Shown: positions 1 through 10,203, counted from the stretch's first letter. The stretch: 61,361 nucleotides of DNA from an uncultured virus (IMG/VR IMGVR_UViG_3300032050_000027) (IMGVR_UViG_3300032050_000027); one strand, 5' to 3'. Notes: a model not told the origin generated them from the sequence alone. Numbers and translations are program-made.

Positions 1-447
1 CGCCAGCACATGTTTGAACATGTCATGGCTCATGCCAATAATACGCTCTATGGCGTCTTGTGTCTCTCTTGAATCTCCCTGTGCCTCATCCTCTGCGGCC
101 TTGTGTTCGTTGTTTACATAGAACTTGAGTACGTTGGGTTTGCGCCCACGTTCAATTTTGTAGTCTGTGCCGTTGATATGAAAGTCTAAGCTGACCAACA
201 TGTGTTTGGCATTGGTTTTGTTTACTAGATTGTCTTTGCGGATGTTTGACAGTGCTTGGCCATATAATGCATAACTTAGTGCATTGATGATTGTGGTCTT
301 ACCTGTGCCGTTTCTCGATCCATCGCCACCCAAGTCTAAGTTTTCACCCAGCACCAGTGTAAGATCATTGCGGTCAAAGTCAATGGCCTGTGTGGCTGCG
401 CCTACACTCATGAAGTTTTTAACAGTGAGATTTCGTATTTGTATCAT
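1..447 (-). CDS. Recombination endonuclease ATPase subunit (T4 gp46 / Rad50-SbcC-like), 5' part; runs off the window edge
   Basis: Not in the ORF track. Read by hand from ATG at 447: MIQIRNLTVKNFMSVG...LVLGENLDLGGDGSRNGTGKTTIINALSYALYG (Walker A). ATGA overlap with the stop of the gp47-like gene. Confidence 0.9.
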   Translation of the reverse strand, partial: MIQIRNLTVKNFMSVGAATQAIDFDRNDLTLVLGENLDLGGDGSRNGTGKTTIINALSYALYGQALSNIRKDNLVNKTNAKHMLVSLDFHINGTDYKIERGRKPNVLKFYVNNEHKAAEDEAQGDSRETQDAIERIIGMSHDMFKHVLA

Positions 448-1460
448 AAGTTTTGATAAATCTTTAACAGTAACTTGTTGTCGTAGAATTCTGATTCAAT
501 GTTAGTGAGTTGGTCTGTGACAATTTGATCCACTGACTCAAATTTAATCTCGCCTGGCGCCATATCTGTGTCTACATCTGAGTTTTTGTTTGGAATAAGC
601 GACATCTCACGTAGGTCGTAGTCTTTCACAAACGTTTCTTTGATGAAGTTGGCTTCTTCATATGAAATCTCAATGTCTAGTCCAACACGCACATGCATTT
701 TGGGCTTAAGAAGAGCCGGAGCGTTGTCAATAAGGTTGGCGAGTCCGTATACTCTATACGTCGGTTGAGCAGGCCAAGCATGAAAAACAGGCGCTGCTCC
801 CCACTCCAATATAGTAAGTCCTCGTTCGTCGTCACCAGCATCTGCATAATTATGAGGGAACGCATTACCGATGTAGGTAATATTCTTTTTAGTCTGTCGC
901 TTGTGGAAGTGTCCGGTGAATACATGTTCAAAATTCTCAAAGTCTTCTCTGCGCACTTCGCCATGGTCTGGCATCTCTACCATGGCATTCATCAAGTAGC
1001 CGGGCAGTTCAAAGTGTCCAAACATGTACTTGCCAGTTAGTTTAGGAATACGTTTATGGTCATCGCCGCAAAGCCAAGGAGCAATAACGACGTCACCGCT
1101 ACTAAACCAATCGTTACATATTTCCACATTGGGGAGATGACGTGCCCACTCCACGCTCTGAATATCACGCTTGTCGCGATAATAAAGATCGTGATTCCCA
1201 GGTATAAAATACACACGGTCAAAATTAGCATTTAGGTGCTCTAATGATCGAAGGCTATAGTTTAGGGTAACAATATTTAGGCTGGCTCGATTGTTGTGCC
1301 AGTCACCCAGAAACATGGCAGTTTCGCACCCTTCCTCTTTGGCCTTAGCAGTGGCCCATTTTACAAAGGCCAAACAATCTTCATTGTGCAGAGTTGAATT
1401 GCTTTTGAGTCCAAAATGTATGTCAGTGAAGATTGCGGCTTTGCGGAATAGATTAGTCAT
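444..1460 (-). CDS. Recombination endonuclease nuclease subunit (T4 gp47 / Mre11-SbcD-like metallophosphoesterase)
   Basis: Phosphoesterase motifs TDIHFG, LGDWH, PGNHD and GHFH; adjacent to the gp46-like ATPase. Confidence 0.92.
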   Translation of the reverse strand: MTNLFRKAAIFTDIHFGLKSNSTLHNEDCLAFVKWATAKAKEEGCETAMFLGDWHNNRASLNIVTLNYSLRSLEHLNANFDRVYFIPGNHDLYYRDKRDIQSVEWARHLPNVEICNDWFSSGDVVIAPWLCGDDHKRIPKLTGKYMFGHFELPGYLMNAMVEMPDHGEVRREDFENFEHVFTGHFHKRQTKKNITYIGNAFPHNYADAGDDERGLTILEWGAAPVFHAWPAQPTYRVYGLANLIDNAPALLKPKMHVRVGLDIEISYEEANFIKETFVKDYDLREMSLIPNKNSDVDTDMAPGEIKFESVDQIVTDQLTNIESEFYDNKLLLKIYQNL

Positions 1461-1466
1461 CCTGCT

Positions 1467-1495
1467 AGTATACTACTGATCCAGACTAGATACAA
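1467..1495 (-). promoter_or_regulatory. Putative sigma70-type promoter for gp47/gp46, probably leaderless
   Basis: TTGTAT (1495-1490), 17 nt, TATACT (1472-1467), then only 6 nt to the ATG at 1460. Confidence 0.45.
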
Positions 1496-2369
1496 CCGGT
1501 CCGGACATGGCAGCCATGCCAGCTTTGCCGGAGTTCTGTCTAGTCCACGATGGGTTCAAGCCGTTCATCTCCAGGATGTCATCTCTGATATTTTGATTTT
1601 TCTTTTCAATGTTAAGAATCCGTGTAAAGCTATTAGTGATAGCAGCGGTATAGTAAGCAAAGGGGTTTTGCGATTTAGATTCGTCAAATTGTAAACCAAT
1701 TTGACTAAGTTGAAGTAGAGCTTGTCCACGCATTTCCTCGTTGTAGGTGTAGCCACGCCAGTTGGAACGAGTGGCATAGCGTTCACACAGTTTCATAAAC
1801 ATCATGGCCAGCTTCTTGGTCATGTTGCCGTGATCCTTTGAAAACTCTCCTGTGGCCAAATCGCCACGCCAATGACTCTTGCCCACCAAAAACGGTACCT
1901 TTTGCTCGTCAAGTCTGTAGTGAAAAAACGGGGGAAAATTCACACGCACATGTGTGGGGTCTAGCACAGGTTCATCTATTAAATCTGCCAGCGGATCTTC
2001 TGACACATCATCCAAATCAAGTATGTCTTCCAGTTTCTTTTTCTTGGCAGCGGCTTTGGTAACTTTTTTGGGTGCCATGGGTATGTGTTCCCAGCAGGTG
2101 ATTCTAAACACAAGATCTGTGTTGGGGATCTTCTTTTGATCAATCACTTCACCAGTTTCACGTTTGATACGATCTGCTCGATTTCTGCGAGCTTCAACAA
2201 TGGTGCGCTGATTGATTTTGTCTAGACTGGGCAAAATTATGTCGTATTGGTGATCAATTGCTGGATCACGATAACAACAGTAGGTGTTTTTGCTCAGGTG
2301 TATTTCTTTTAAAATGTCACGATTGTTAAGGTAGTTTACCTTAGGTGCGGGTTTTGCAATTAGTGTCAT
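1473..2369 (-). CDS. Late-transcription sigma factor (T4 gp55-like)
   Basis: N-terminal NYLNNRDIL; C-terminal RYATRSNWRGYTYNEEM...FDESKSQNPFAYYT...SFTRILNIEKK typical of gp55; T4-like position next to gp47/gp46. Confidence 0.85.
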   Translation of the reverse strand: MTLIAKPAPKVNYLNNRDILKEIHLSKNTYCCYRDPAIDHQYDIILPSLDKINQRTIVEARRNRADRIKRETGEVIDQKKIPNTDLVFRITCWEHIPMAPKKVTKAAAKKKKLEDILDLDDVSEDPLADLIDEPVLDPTHVRVNFPPFFHYRLDEQKVPFLVGKSHWRGDLATGEFSKDHGNMTKKLAMMFMKLCERYATRSNWRGYTYNEEMRGQALLQLSQIGLQFDESKSQNPFAYYTAAITNSFTRILNIEKKNQNIRDDILEMNGLNPSWTRQNSGKAGMAAMSGPVVSSLDQ

Positions 2370-2393
2370 GCAAGGGTCTCCAAGTATGTACTT

Positions 2394-2421
2394 ATTGTAG
2401 CAGATTTACAACACTTGTCAA
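2394..2421 (-). promoter_or_regulatory. Sigma70-type promoter for the late sigma gene
   Basis: Minus strand TTGACA (2421-2416), 16 nt, extended -10 TGcTACAAT (hexamer 2399-2394); GGAG Shine-Dalgarno before ATG 2369. Confidence 0.7.
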
Positions 2422-2437
2422 CCTCTTGTTAAACTAT

Positions 2438-2460
2438 GCCGTTTTTATCAGCAATAAATA
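2438..2460 (+). promoter_or_regulatory. T4-type late promoter (ATAAATA) with upstream GCCGTTTTT element
   Basis: GCCGTTTTT-atcagc-AATAAATA ending 16 nt before the first structural gene; same architecture at 10208-10230. Confidence 0.65.
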
Positions 2461-2476
2461 AGGTATAGGAACAACA

Positions 2477-3793
2477 ATGGCTACTACAAATTCACCAGCT
2501 GAACAAAATCCTGCAACAGACCCAGAGCTGCCGCAACCGGCTGCCCCAGAAACCATTGAGTCTCGTAATCCAGCACCAGTCGGAGATGAAGGATTAGATG
2601 CAACCAACGAAGCTGAATTGGCACAGCTACGTGAAGCAGAAGGCGTTGCAGTTTTTGCACCATCACCGGTGTTCGCATCAGGCGATGAAGCAATAGATGC
2701 AGCCAATGAAGCTGAATTGGCACAGTTACGTGAAGCAGAAGGTCGTGCAATATTTGCACCAGCACCGGCGTCAGCATCAGGCGATGAAGCATTAGATGCA
2801 ACCAACGAAGCTGAATTGGCACAGCTACGTGAAGCAGAAGGTCGTGCAATATTTGGACCAGCACCAGTAGCAACTGGCGACGCAGCATTATTGGCAGCAA
2901 CCGAAGCTGCAGAATCTGCGCAGGCTGCCAATGTTGATCCCAATGATTTTGAAGCGGCAGCTGGCGCAGCCGCACAATCACAACTGCGTGATCAATTCAC
3001 ACTGCAACAGCGATTTAACACATCCTCGCAAGGCGATTGGCGTGTGAGACTGAGATTGGCTCCAGGTGCAAAATATCTCTACAAAGCAGAAGATCCTGGC
3101 ATTTTACGCCCATTGGTTCCCACAGATGGAATAATTTTTCCCTACACGCCAACAATATCAACTCAGTACTCAGCCAAGTACGACAGTTACAATCTCACAC
3201 ACTCAAACTATCGTGGATACTTTTATCAAAGCAGTCAAGTTGGTGATATAACTGTTACTGGAACATTCACAGCACAAGACACTGCTGAAGCTGAATATTT
3301 GCTGGCGGTAATACACTTTTTCCGTTCAGTTACAAAAATGTTTTATGGCAAAGATCCGCAACGTGGCTCACCGCCACCATTGGTTGAGCTGTCTGGATTT
3401 GGCGAATATCAATTCAACAACCATCCTTGTTTGGTTGCCAGTTTCAATTATACCTTGCCCAATAACGTTGATTACATACAGGTCAAGCCTAACAATCAAG
3501 GCTTAAACATGTCTGAGAGAACACCTAAAGTTTCAAGTTCTCCAGCTTCTACTATTGAAAGTGTGTTACGAAGACTAACAACTTCTCATTTACCAAAAGG
3601 TGCGCAAGGAACGCCAGCAGACTTGGGTGTGGTACGCAACACAGTAAATGGACTGGGCCAAACAACTTATGTTCCTACCAAGATAGAAATATCAGTTGTG
3701 TTGCATCCACTACAAACTCGACAGCAAGTCAGCCAAGGATTCAGTCTAGAAAACTTTGCCAAAGGTAACTTACTCAAAGGAGGATTCTGGTAA
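2477..3793 (+). CDS. Baseplate / tail-tube-associated structural protein with acidic N-terminal repeats
   Basis: 438 aa. C-terminal part (IIFPYTPTI...HSNY...ITVTGTFTAQ...HFFRSVTKMFYG...PPPLV.LSGFG) resembles tail-tube initiator/baseplate proteins of large myoviruses. First gene of the late operon. Confidence 0.55.
   Translation: MATTNSPAEQNPATDPELPQPAAPETIESRNPAPVGDEGLDATNEAELAQLREAEGVAVFAPSPVFASGDEAIDAANEAELAQLREAEGRAIFAPAPASASGDEALDATNEAELAQLREAEGRAIFGPAPVATGDAALLAATEAAESAQAANVDPNDFEAAAGAAAQSQLRDQFTLQQRFNTSSQGDWRVRLRLAPGAKYLYKAEDPGILRPLVPTDGIIFPYTPTISTQYSAKYDSYNLTHSNYRGYFYQSSQVGDITVTGTFTAQDTAEAEYLLAVIHFFRSVTKMFYGKDPQRGSPPPLVELSGFGEYQFNNHPCLVASFNYTLPNNVDYIQVKPNNQGLNMSERTPKVSSSPASTIESVLRRLTTSHLPKGAQGTPADLGVVRNTVNGLGQTTYVPTKIEISVVLHPLQTRQQVSQGFSLENFAKGNLLKGGFW
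2582..2905 (+). repeat. Three 99-bp (33-aa) tandem repeats plus a degenerate fourth
   Basis: GDEx(L/I)DAxNEAELAQLREAEGxAxFxP units begin at 2582, 2681 and 2780; partial unit at 2876. Confidence 0.9.
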
Positions 3794-4095
3794 TGGCCAC
3801 AAACTACGATGCAACCAGTCCTTACTATCAAACTGGGTACTCGCAATTTTTCTTGGATGTCATGGTCAACAGACCTATTCCCAAAGAAACTGATGATATT
3901 TTGTTCACTATAAATTTAACCTATCAGTACAGACCCGACATGTTGGCCTATGACTTGTATGGCGTGCCAGGTCTTTGGTGGGTGTTTTATCAACGCAATC
4001 CAAACACGCTGACAAAACCTCCACTGGATTTTGCTGTAGGAACACAAATTTATCTTCCCAAAGAGTCAACACTAAAATCTACATTGGGGTACTAA
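3793..4095 (+). CDS. Baseplate wedge protein, gp53-like (LysM-like)
   Basis: 100 aa with YQYRPDMLAYDLYG...LWWVF..RN motif typical of gp53/tail-X LysM-like proteins. Confidence 0.75.
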   Translation: MATNYDATSPYYQTGYSQFFLDVMVNRPIPKETDDILFTINLTYQYRPDMLAYDLYGVPGLWWVFYQRNPNTLTKPPLDFAVGTQIYLPKESTLKSTLGY

Positions 4096-4098
4096 CAC

Positions 4099-6807
4099 AT
4101 GGCCACAACCGCAGACGTTCCAGTTACTTCCAATGCTGGTGGAGGAGATCAAAATACCAATCCTCCAGTAAAAACACTAATTCAAACACAAGCCACAAAC
4201 GGAGATTCTCGTGGTATTAACATATACACGGAAGATGGCACATTATCAAATTTCAGAAGAAATCCTGAAACAGGAGATTTATATAATGCTGCTGGCCTGC
4301 CTGGCGGCGTTGATTTAAAAACTGAACCAGGTGTTGGCGCCAATGACAACAATCCTGCACCAAGCACAGTCAACACACAGGCCACAGTAAATGCCACAAG
4401 TCCCACTAACGAACTGATCAAGCCGCAGCCTAATGTACTAGATAAGTTTTCAAGCTATACCTATCAAGCATCAGTGTACTTGATGTCTAACGCACAGTAT
4501 GCAGCATATCAACTGTCTGAGAAAAAAACAATTAACGGTTATAATTTGCTGTTTCAAACTGGTGGAGCCCCCAACAACATTGGCGGTCCCCAAGGCCCCA
4601 AGGCTCCCCAACCACTTGCGTTTGAAGCTGGCCGCAATCCGTTTTTTCCTTACGACTACTACATAGATTCAGTAAAAGTCACCAACAAACTGTTTGGCAA
4701 AAATACCATGGCAGCACACTCGGTAACTGATTTAAAGTTCACAGTGATTGAGCCAGCCAATATTACCTTGATAGACAACATTTACAAAGCAGTGCAAGAC
4801 ATAGCACCCAAAGGTGCTGCTGGCGCTGTAAATTATGCGGCAGCAATATATCTCATGGTGATTAGATTTTTTGGTTACGATGCAAATGGAAATTTACAAA
4901 CAGTTGGTGTGGCAGATCCAGTCTCTGGATTATCAGACTCTAGTTCTTTGATAGAAAAATATATTCCGTTTAGAATCAAAAATATCAACTGGTCTGTGGC
5001 AAACAAACTGGTCAGCTATGATTTTGAATGTGCTCCAATTGGTCAGTTGATTGCGGGTGGTACCAAGAGAGGCACCATCCCTGGCGACATAGAACTCACT
5101 GGCGCTAGTGTGTCTGACATGCTTAAAGGCCAAGCAGTTTACGGCGAACCTCCTGCTGCTGCCACACCCGGGGCAACAACCACAGCAGACCGAACTCAAA
5201 CAGATGGTCGAGGACGTCGGACTGCTTCCAGTGATTCAAGAGTTCCGCCTAAGGCAACTGCTGCGCCCAACAACAAAAAAACCATTCAGCGTGGATTAAT
5301 TGAAGCCATGAATATCGAACAGCAACGATTGGTGTCAACTAACCAGTACACAGTAGCAGATGTATATGAATTGGAATTTGCTAACGGCGCCGAATTGATT
5401 CAAGATGCCACTGTACAAAAACCAGGAACTCCTGTGAACAAATCTGCTACCGCAGTAAGTGCCCCAGTAACAAGCGATACTTCTGCTGCCAGCCCAGATA
5501 AGGGTGCCATGGATACCAAAACCAGAAGTTTTGGTATCACAGCCGGCATGCAAATACTGCAAGCAATTGAACTGATTGTGAGAAACTCCAGTTATATTAC
5601 TGATCAAGCAAATTTGATTCTCAACGAAGAAAGCGGCAATCCAGAAGTCAAGCCAGGATCAGAAACGCAAGACTTCAAATGGTTCAACATTTTGATGTCA
5701 GCCACTCCGTTGGAGTATGATGAAAAACGCAACGATTTTGCTTATCGAGTAAAATTTATTATTGTGCCTTACTCACCAGCTGAAATGAAAAGCAGTTACT
5801 TTCCTGGAGTAAAGTTTCCAGGCTTGGTCAAACGTTACCCTTGGTGGTTTACCGGAGAAAATACAGCGGTGTTAAGCTACACTGCCACTTTCAATAAACT
5901 GTACATTCAAACATTAACTGGATCCAGTCCAGAAAATTCAGCTCTGGCCAGTATTAGAAAAACACAGGCTACCAGCATGAGAGAAATTCCTTTTATATCT
6001 GTTCAAAGTCGCAGCACAGAATCTTCTCAAGGAGCAGGCGGCAAAGCCAACGAGCTGGGAGCCAGCGCAGCCGAGTACCTGTACAACCCATCTGACAATG
6101 CCAGTGCCAAGATAAAAATTCTAGGAGATCCTGCCTGGATACAACAAGGATCTGTTGCTGGAGCATTGGATGCAAGTAAAATTTCATACTCCCCATTTGC
6201 ACGAGATGGCACAATAAATTTTGATATCCGTGACGTGCTGTTTGAGTTGGTGTGGCAACGTCCAGAAGACTACAACTTAAACACAGGTCTTGCCGATCCA
6301 TATAGCCGTACTGAAAAAATCTACGGTGATCGACAGCCCATTCAAAGTATTGTATACCGAGCAAAAGAAATTGTAAGTAGTTTTAATCAAGGACGATTTG
6401 AACAAGACATTGACGCTACAATTTATTCTGTACCAATCCCACAAAAAACAAACACAGCCACACCTGTGGCCACACCAGAATTTGCCGGACAAACTGATGA
6501 GTTTGGCGGCGTAGATGAGGCTGTGGCTGCAAACGCCGCAAGAACTGCCGCAGCCACAGTGCGAAAAACCACAGCTACTGGACCAAGAAATGCTCCAATA
6601 CCAAGAGGTGGTCCAGGTGTGGCCAGCGACTCATTTGCGCAAGCCGAGCTGGCTAGATTTAGCAACTACACACCCACCCCCTTTAACCCGTCTGAACCAG
6701 TTGTTAGTAATGGGCAGGTGGTTGGAGCTAATACAAATCAAGGTGCAGCTATAATCTTTAGAAATGCCAACCCTCGTGGCACACAAAGAGGCGCAAGAGA
6801 AACTTAA
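4099..6807 (+). CDS. Putative baseplate hub / tail structural protein
   Basis: 902 aa between the gp53-like and gp5-like genes; PNVLDKFSSYTY near the N-terminus and IKILGDP...Y....I.S.F..G.FEQ near the C-terminus resemble hub proteins. Confidence 0.55.
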   Translation: MATTADVPVTSNAGGGDQNTNPPVKTLIQTQATNGDSRGINIYTEDGTLSNFRRNPETGDLYNAAGLPGGVDLKTEPGVGANDNNPAPSTVNTQATVNATSPTNELIKPQPNVLDKFSSYTYQASVYLMSNAQYAAYQLSEKKTINGYNLLFQTGGAPNNIGGPQGPKAPQPLAFEAGRNPFFPYDYYIDSVKVTNKLFGKNTMAAHSVTDLKFTVIEPANITLIDNIYKAVQDIAPKGAAGAVNYAAAIYLMVIRFFGYDANGNLQTVGVADPVSGLSDSSSLIEKYIPFRIKNINWSVANKLVSYDFECAPIGQLIAGGTKRGTIPGDIELTGASVSDMLKGQAVYGEPPAAATPGATTTADRTQTDGRGRRTASSDSRVPPKATAAPNNKKTIQRGLIEAMNIEQQRLVSTNQYTVADVYELEFANGAELIQDATVQKPGTPVNKSATAVSAPVTSDTSAASPDKGAMDTKTRSFGITAGMQILQAIELIVRNSSYITDQANLILNEESGNPEVKPGSETQDFKWFNILMSATPLEYDEKRNDFAYRVKFIIVPYSPAEMKSSYFPGVKFPGLVKRYPWWFTGENTAVLSYTATFNKLYIQTLTGSSPENSALASIRKTQATSMREIPFISVQSRSTESSQGAGGKANELGASAAEYLYNPSDNASAKIKILGDPAWIQQGSVAGALDASKISYSPFARDGTINFDIRDVLFELVWQRPEDYNLNTGLADPYSRTEKIYGDRQPIQSIVYRAKEIVSSFNQGRFEQDIDATIYSVPIPQKTNTATPVATPEFAGQTDEFGGVDEAVAANAARTAAATVRKTTATGPRNAPIPRGGPGVASDSFAQAELARFSNYTPTPFNPSEPVVSNGQVVGANTNQGAAIIFRNANPRGTQRGARET

Positions 6808-6815
6808 GGTAGAAT

Positions 6816-8324
6816 ATGGCAGAAGAAATTGAACGCAGTAGAGGAAGACCGTCAAACTACAAACAAGATCGTGGTGGGGTTCCTGCTGAGTACGGTCCTT
6901 ATGTTGGTCGAGTAATGAACAACATTGATCCTGCACGACTTGGAAGACTGCAAGTGTTCATTGAAGCATTCAATGCCGGCAGCAACAACCAAGATCAAAG
7001 CAAGTGGACCACAGTAAGTTACATGCCTCCGTTTTATGGAGTGACGCCTCCGGGCAAAACAGCTGACAACGATTCAGGTACCTATCCGGGCAATCCCAAC
7101 AGCTATGGCATGTGGTTTACTCCTCCTGATCTTGGCCTGCAAGTCATGTGTGTTTTTATCAATGGCGATCGTTCACAAGGTTACTACATTGGTGTGTTGC
7201 CAGAAAATGGTCTCACACACATGATACCAGCCATTGGCGCTGAAGCAAACTATGTAACAACCAATGTAAATCAAGAATCATATTTTGCTGAATCACCACT
7301 GTTGCCAGTAACAGAACTCAACAGCAACAACAACAAACTAGACAACGCTGGAAGATTTTTTGATCAAGCCAAACCAGTGCAAAGCGTAGTTGCAGCGTCG
7401 TTGTTCCAACAAGGATTGGCCAAGGACACCGAACGCGGACCTATTCGCAGTTCAAGTCAACGTGAAAGCCCGTCAGCAGTGTTTGGCATTTCCACACCTG
7501 GAACAGCAATTTACCAGGGTGGACTGAAGCCTGCTGACATACGACAAAAACTCAACTCTGGTGCAGTAAAGCCAGCAGAGCTAGAAGTAATTGGCCGCAT
7601 GGGCGGACATACATTTGTCATGGACGACGGAGACATCAACGGAAGAAATCAACTGTTCCGCCTGCGTAGCGCCAAAGGTCATCAGTTCATGATGAATGAC
7701 TCTAACAATTTTATCTATCTGATTCATGCCAACGGACAAACTTGGATTGAGTTAGGACAAGAAGGTACCATTGATGTCTACAGCACAAACTCAGTAAACG
7801 TGCGCAGTCAAGGCGATGTTAACATTCATGCTGATCAAGACATCAACATGTACGCTGGGAGAAATTTTAACATCAAAGCCAAAAACAACTTCACAGTTGA
7901 AGCTGGAGTAAATGCATCTATTACCGCACAGGCTGATTTAAAGTTGTACAGCAAAGCCACAATTGGTGTAAAGGCCGACGGGACATTGGCTTTGGAAAGC
8001 GCCAGCGGAAGTTGGGCAGCTGGCAGCAGTTTTGTTGTATCAGCCGGCGGGATTGACTTAAATGGGCCTGCTGCTCCAGCAGTAGATGCACCCAAAGCAC
8101 TGGAAAAAATCTTGCTAGACTCAACCACGTTCAGCACTTCAAAAGGATGGGAAGTTGAAAAAGACAAATTAGAAACTATTGTGCCTAGAGCACCCACACA
8201 CGAACCCTGGCCTTATCACAATGCTGGTGTTGCGTCTGAATTGGACTTTGAAGAAGGCCAGCCTGATCCTCCACCAGGCGCTGAACCTGTTCCAGCTGGA
8301 GTAGAGATTGTGAAAACAGCATGA
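6816..8324 (+). CDS. Baseplate central spike, gp5/VgrG-like (OB-fold plus beta-helix, no lysozyme domain seen)
   Basis: GRVMNNIDPARLGRLQVFI; YGMWFTPPDLG..V.C.F..GD; GHTFVMDDG; beta-helix-like repeats; terminal THEPWPYH. Confidence 0.8.
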   Translation: MAEEIERSRGRPSNYKQDRGGVPAEYGPYVGRVMNNIDPARLGRLQVFIEAFNAGSNNQDQSKWTTVSYMPPFYGVTPPGKTADNDSGTYPGNPNSYGMWFTPPDLGLQVMCVFINGDRSQGYYIGVLPENGLTHMIPAIGAEANYVTTNVNQESYFAESPLLPVTELNSNNNKLDNAGRFFDQAKPVQSVVAASLFQQGLAKDTERGPIRSSSQRESPSAVFGISTPGTAIYQGGLKPADIRQKLNSGAVKPAELEVIGRMGGHTFVMDDGDINGRNQLFRLRSAKGHQFMMNDSNNFIYLIHANGQTWIELGQEGTIDVYSTNSVNVRSQGDVNIHADQDINMYAGRNFNIKAKNNFTVEAGVNASITAQADLKLYSKATIGVKADGTLALESASGSWAAGSSFVVSAGGIDLNGPAAPAVDAPKALEKILLDSTTFSTSKGWEVEKDKLETIVPRAPTHEPWPYHNAGVASELDFEEGQPDPPPGAEPVPAGVEIVKTA

Positions 8325-9811
8325 GTGAATTTAAATTTTCTTTAGATGCGGCTGGAGAAGTATTCACAGTTAAGGCTCCTCCAGGCATGACGTTTGATCA
8401 GGCCAAAGCTATCTTTGACAAACAAGCAAGTACAGGAAGTCTAACAGGTTTAAAAGTTGGCGATGCGTTGAGTGCAGTCACCCAAGCAACACAAGGATTG
8501 TCGTCTGCCGCAGCCAGTTTGTCACAAGCTGCCAGTGGTATTGGCGGCACAGTGTCGGGAGCATTGCAAGGTGCATTAAAAAATATTCCTGGCGGTGTGG
8601 CTGGTGCTGCTTCAGGTATTGCTAACAGACTCACTGGTGGCCTTGGTGCACCGGGAATTTTACAAGCAGCTTCAGCATTGCCAAGCAGCATTGCTGGCGC
8701 AGTGAACTCAGGAATAAGTGTAGCTAAACAAACACTTGGCAGCATACAAAGTGCCGCGGCTGGAGCATTGGCTCCAACGGCTGCTATTGGCATACCAGAT
8801 TTTGCCAAGCAAGTGCCGGCATTGGGAGGCATTAGTAATCTATCAGTAAGCGAAGTAACTGCCAGTTTGGCGTCTGCATCTCGATCAATAGGACAAGTGG
8901 CCAATCAAGTTAGCAATTCTATAGGCGTTGGAAAATTTGGGTTTGACGGATCTCAGCTGGAAGCTGCTGGTGTTCTTAAACCTGGCACAGTATCACAATT
9001 TTTATCCAGTGGCACCAACACATTGACTAGTGTTTTGAAAAGTCCCACGGTGTTTACAGGCAAGGCCGGCATTACCAGCCTAAAAGATTTGTTAGGATCA
9101 TTGCCAAAACAAGAAACCATACAACAAGAATTAATGAGCAATGGGTTAACTGGAGTTCAAGCCCTGGGTATTCCTACAGATAAACTCAGCGTCGGGGCCT
9201 TGGCTGGCACAGCATTAAATGCAGCCAAAAGTATACCCAATACCATGGACTGGGCACAAGGAAAAGCACTGGCCAGTGATGTTAAAACTGCACTAAATGA
9301 AACAGCACGAAATGCAAGTTTTGCTGTGGATTTTGCAGAGACCAAAGTTGACGATGCAATGAAACAGTTGGCTCTCGGAGAGCCAGTGTTTGACACAGTA
9401 AACAGAGTCACACTAAATGCCGCTGCCATACGGGTAATTGGAAATCCAAAAATACCTCCAGTGGAATATAATAACACACCACCAAAAGTTACAACATCTG
9501 AGCTGGGAATTGAGTTTGGTATTGCTGTTGAACAGACCAATGCTATTCTTGATCAATCTGTTATTACTCTCAGCAAGAGTGATGCAAAACGAGCTAGGTT
9601 AAACAGTTACGGAAAAGACATTGCAGACCTTGAAAGCTATATCAATGACTATAATGCTGTTGATGGAAGATTGCAAGGACTCCTTCGCCAGGCCAAACTA
9701 GCAAATGATTCGGCCCTTGTGGCCAAAATTGAAAAAGAACAACGACGAATTGCAGAATCAATCAAAGTAACCGAAAGCGCAATTGACGTGCTTAGACAGA
9801 ACCTTGCTTGA
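8321..9811 (+). CDS. Hypothetical Ala/Gly/Ser-rich virion protein with C-terminal coiled coil
   Basis: 496-aa ORF with ATGA overlap to the spike gene; inside the baseplate operon. Confidence 0.6.
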   Translation: MSEFKFSLDAAGEVFTVKAPPGMTFDQAKAIFDKQASTGSLTGLKVGDALSAVTQATQGLSSAAASLSQAASGIGGTVSGALQGALKNIPGGVAGAASGIANRLTGGLGAPGILQAASALPSSIAGAVNSGISVAKQTLGSIQSAAAGALAPTAAIGIPDFAKQVPALGGISNLSVSEVTASLASASRSIGQVANQVSNSIGVGKFGFDGSQLEAAGVLKPGTVSQFLSSGTNTLTSVLKSPTVFTGKAGITSLKDLLGSLPKQETIQQELMSNGLTGVQALGIPTDKLSVGALAGTALNAAKSIPNTMDWAQGKALASDVKTALNETARNASFAVDFAETKVDDAMKQLALGEPVFDTVNRVTLNAAAIRVIGNPKIPPVEYNNTPPKVTTSELGIEFGIAVEQTNAILDQSVITLSKSDAKRARLNSYGKDIADLESYINDYNAVDGRLQGLLRQAKLANDSALVAKIEKEQRRIAESIKVTESAIDVLRQNLA

Positions 9812-9815
9812 GCCG

Positions 9816-9822
9816 ATAAATA
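9816..9822 (+). promoter_or_regulatory. T4-type late promoter ATAAATA
   Basis: In the 17-bp gap before the gp25-like gene; ends 6 nt before its ATG. Confidence 0.55.
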
Positions 9823-9828
9823 TTAATT

Positions 9829-10203
9829 ATGACCACATTCATTGGCTTCAACACCATAAATCAATATAAAAAATTTACCTTGGTTGACTTTGAGTTAATC
9901 AAACGAGATCTGCTGAATGCCTTCAACATCCGTCAAGGTGAATTGCCTGGCCGCCCGCAGTACGGCACTGTGATGTGGGACTATGTGTTTGAAAATCAAA
10001 TCACTGAACTGCAACGCAATATTGAAACGGAAGTTCAACGTGTGTGCGGCGGCGATCCAAGAATACAAGTTACGCAAATGGCAGTGTTTCCTCAAGACAA
10101 CGGGTTTCTAATACAGTTAGAAATAGCAGTATTGCCAGGAACTGATGCTGAATTTTTAAGTGTGTTCTTTGATAATCAACAACGCAGAGCCAGCTACGTA
10201 TAA
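9829..10203 (+). CDS. Baseplate wedge subunit, gp25-like
   Basis: LIKRDLLNAFNIRQGE.PGRPQYGT..WDYVFE...DPRI, the GPW/gp25 pattern. Confidence 0.85.
   Translation: MTTFIGFNTINQYKKFTLVDFELIKRDLLNAFNIRQGELPGRPQYGTVMWDYVFENQITELQRNIETEVQRVCGGDPRIQVTQMAVFPQDNGFLIQLEIAVLPGTDAEFLSVFFDNQQRRASYV

Noticed and set aside
444..2369. Sigma gene TAG stop is in frame with gp47 (12 nt apart), suggesting stop recoding or a fusion
   Set aside because: Genes up to 4900 aa are intact in the standard code, so there is no sign of TAG reassignment. In-frame spacing occurs by chance one time in three, and a separate promoter-like motif precedes gp47.
2434..2981. Minus-strand repeat ORFs of 165-169 aa
   Set aside because: Antisense shadows of the repeat region of 2477-3793.
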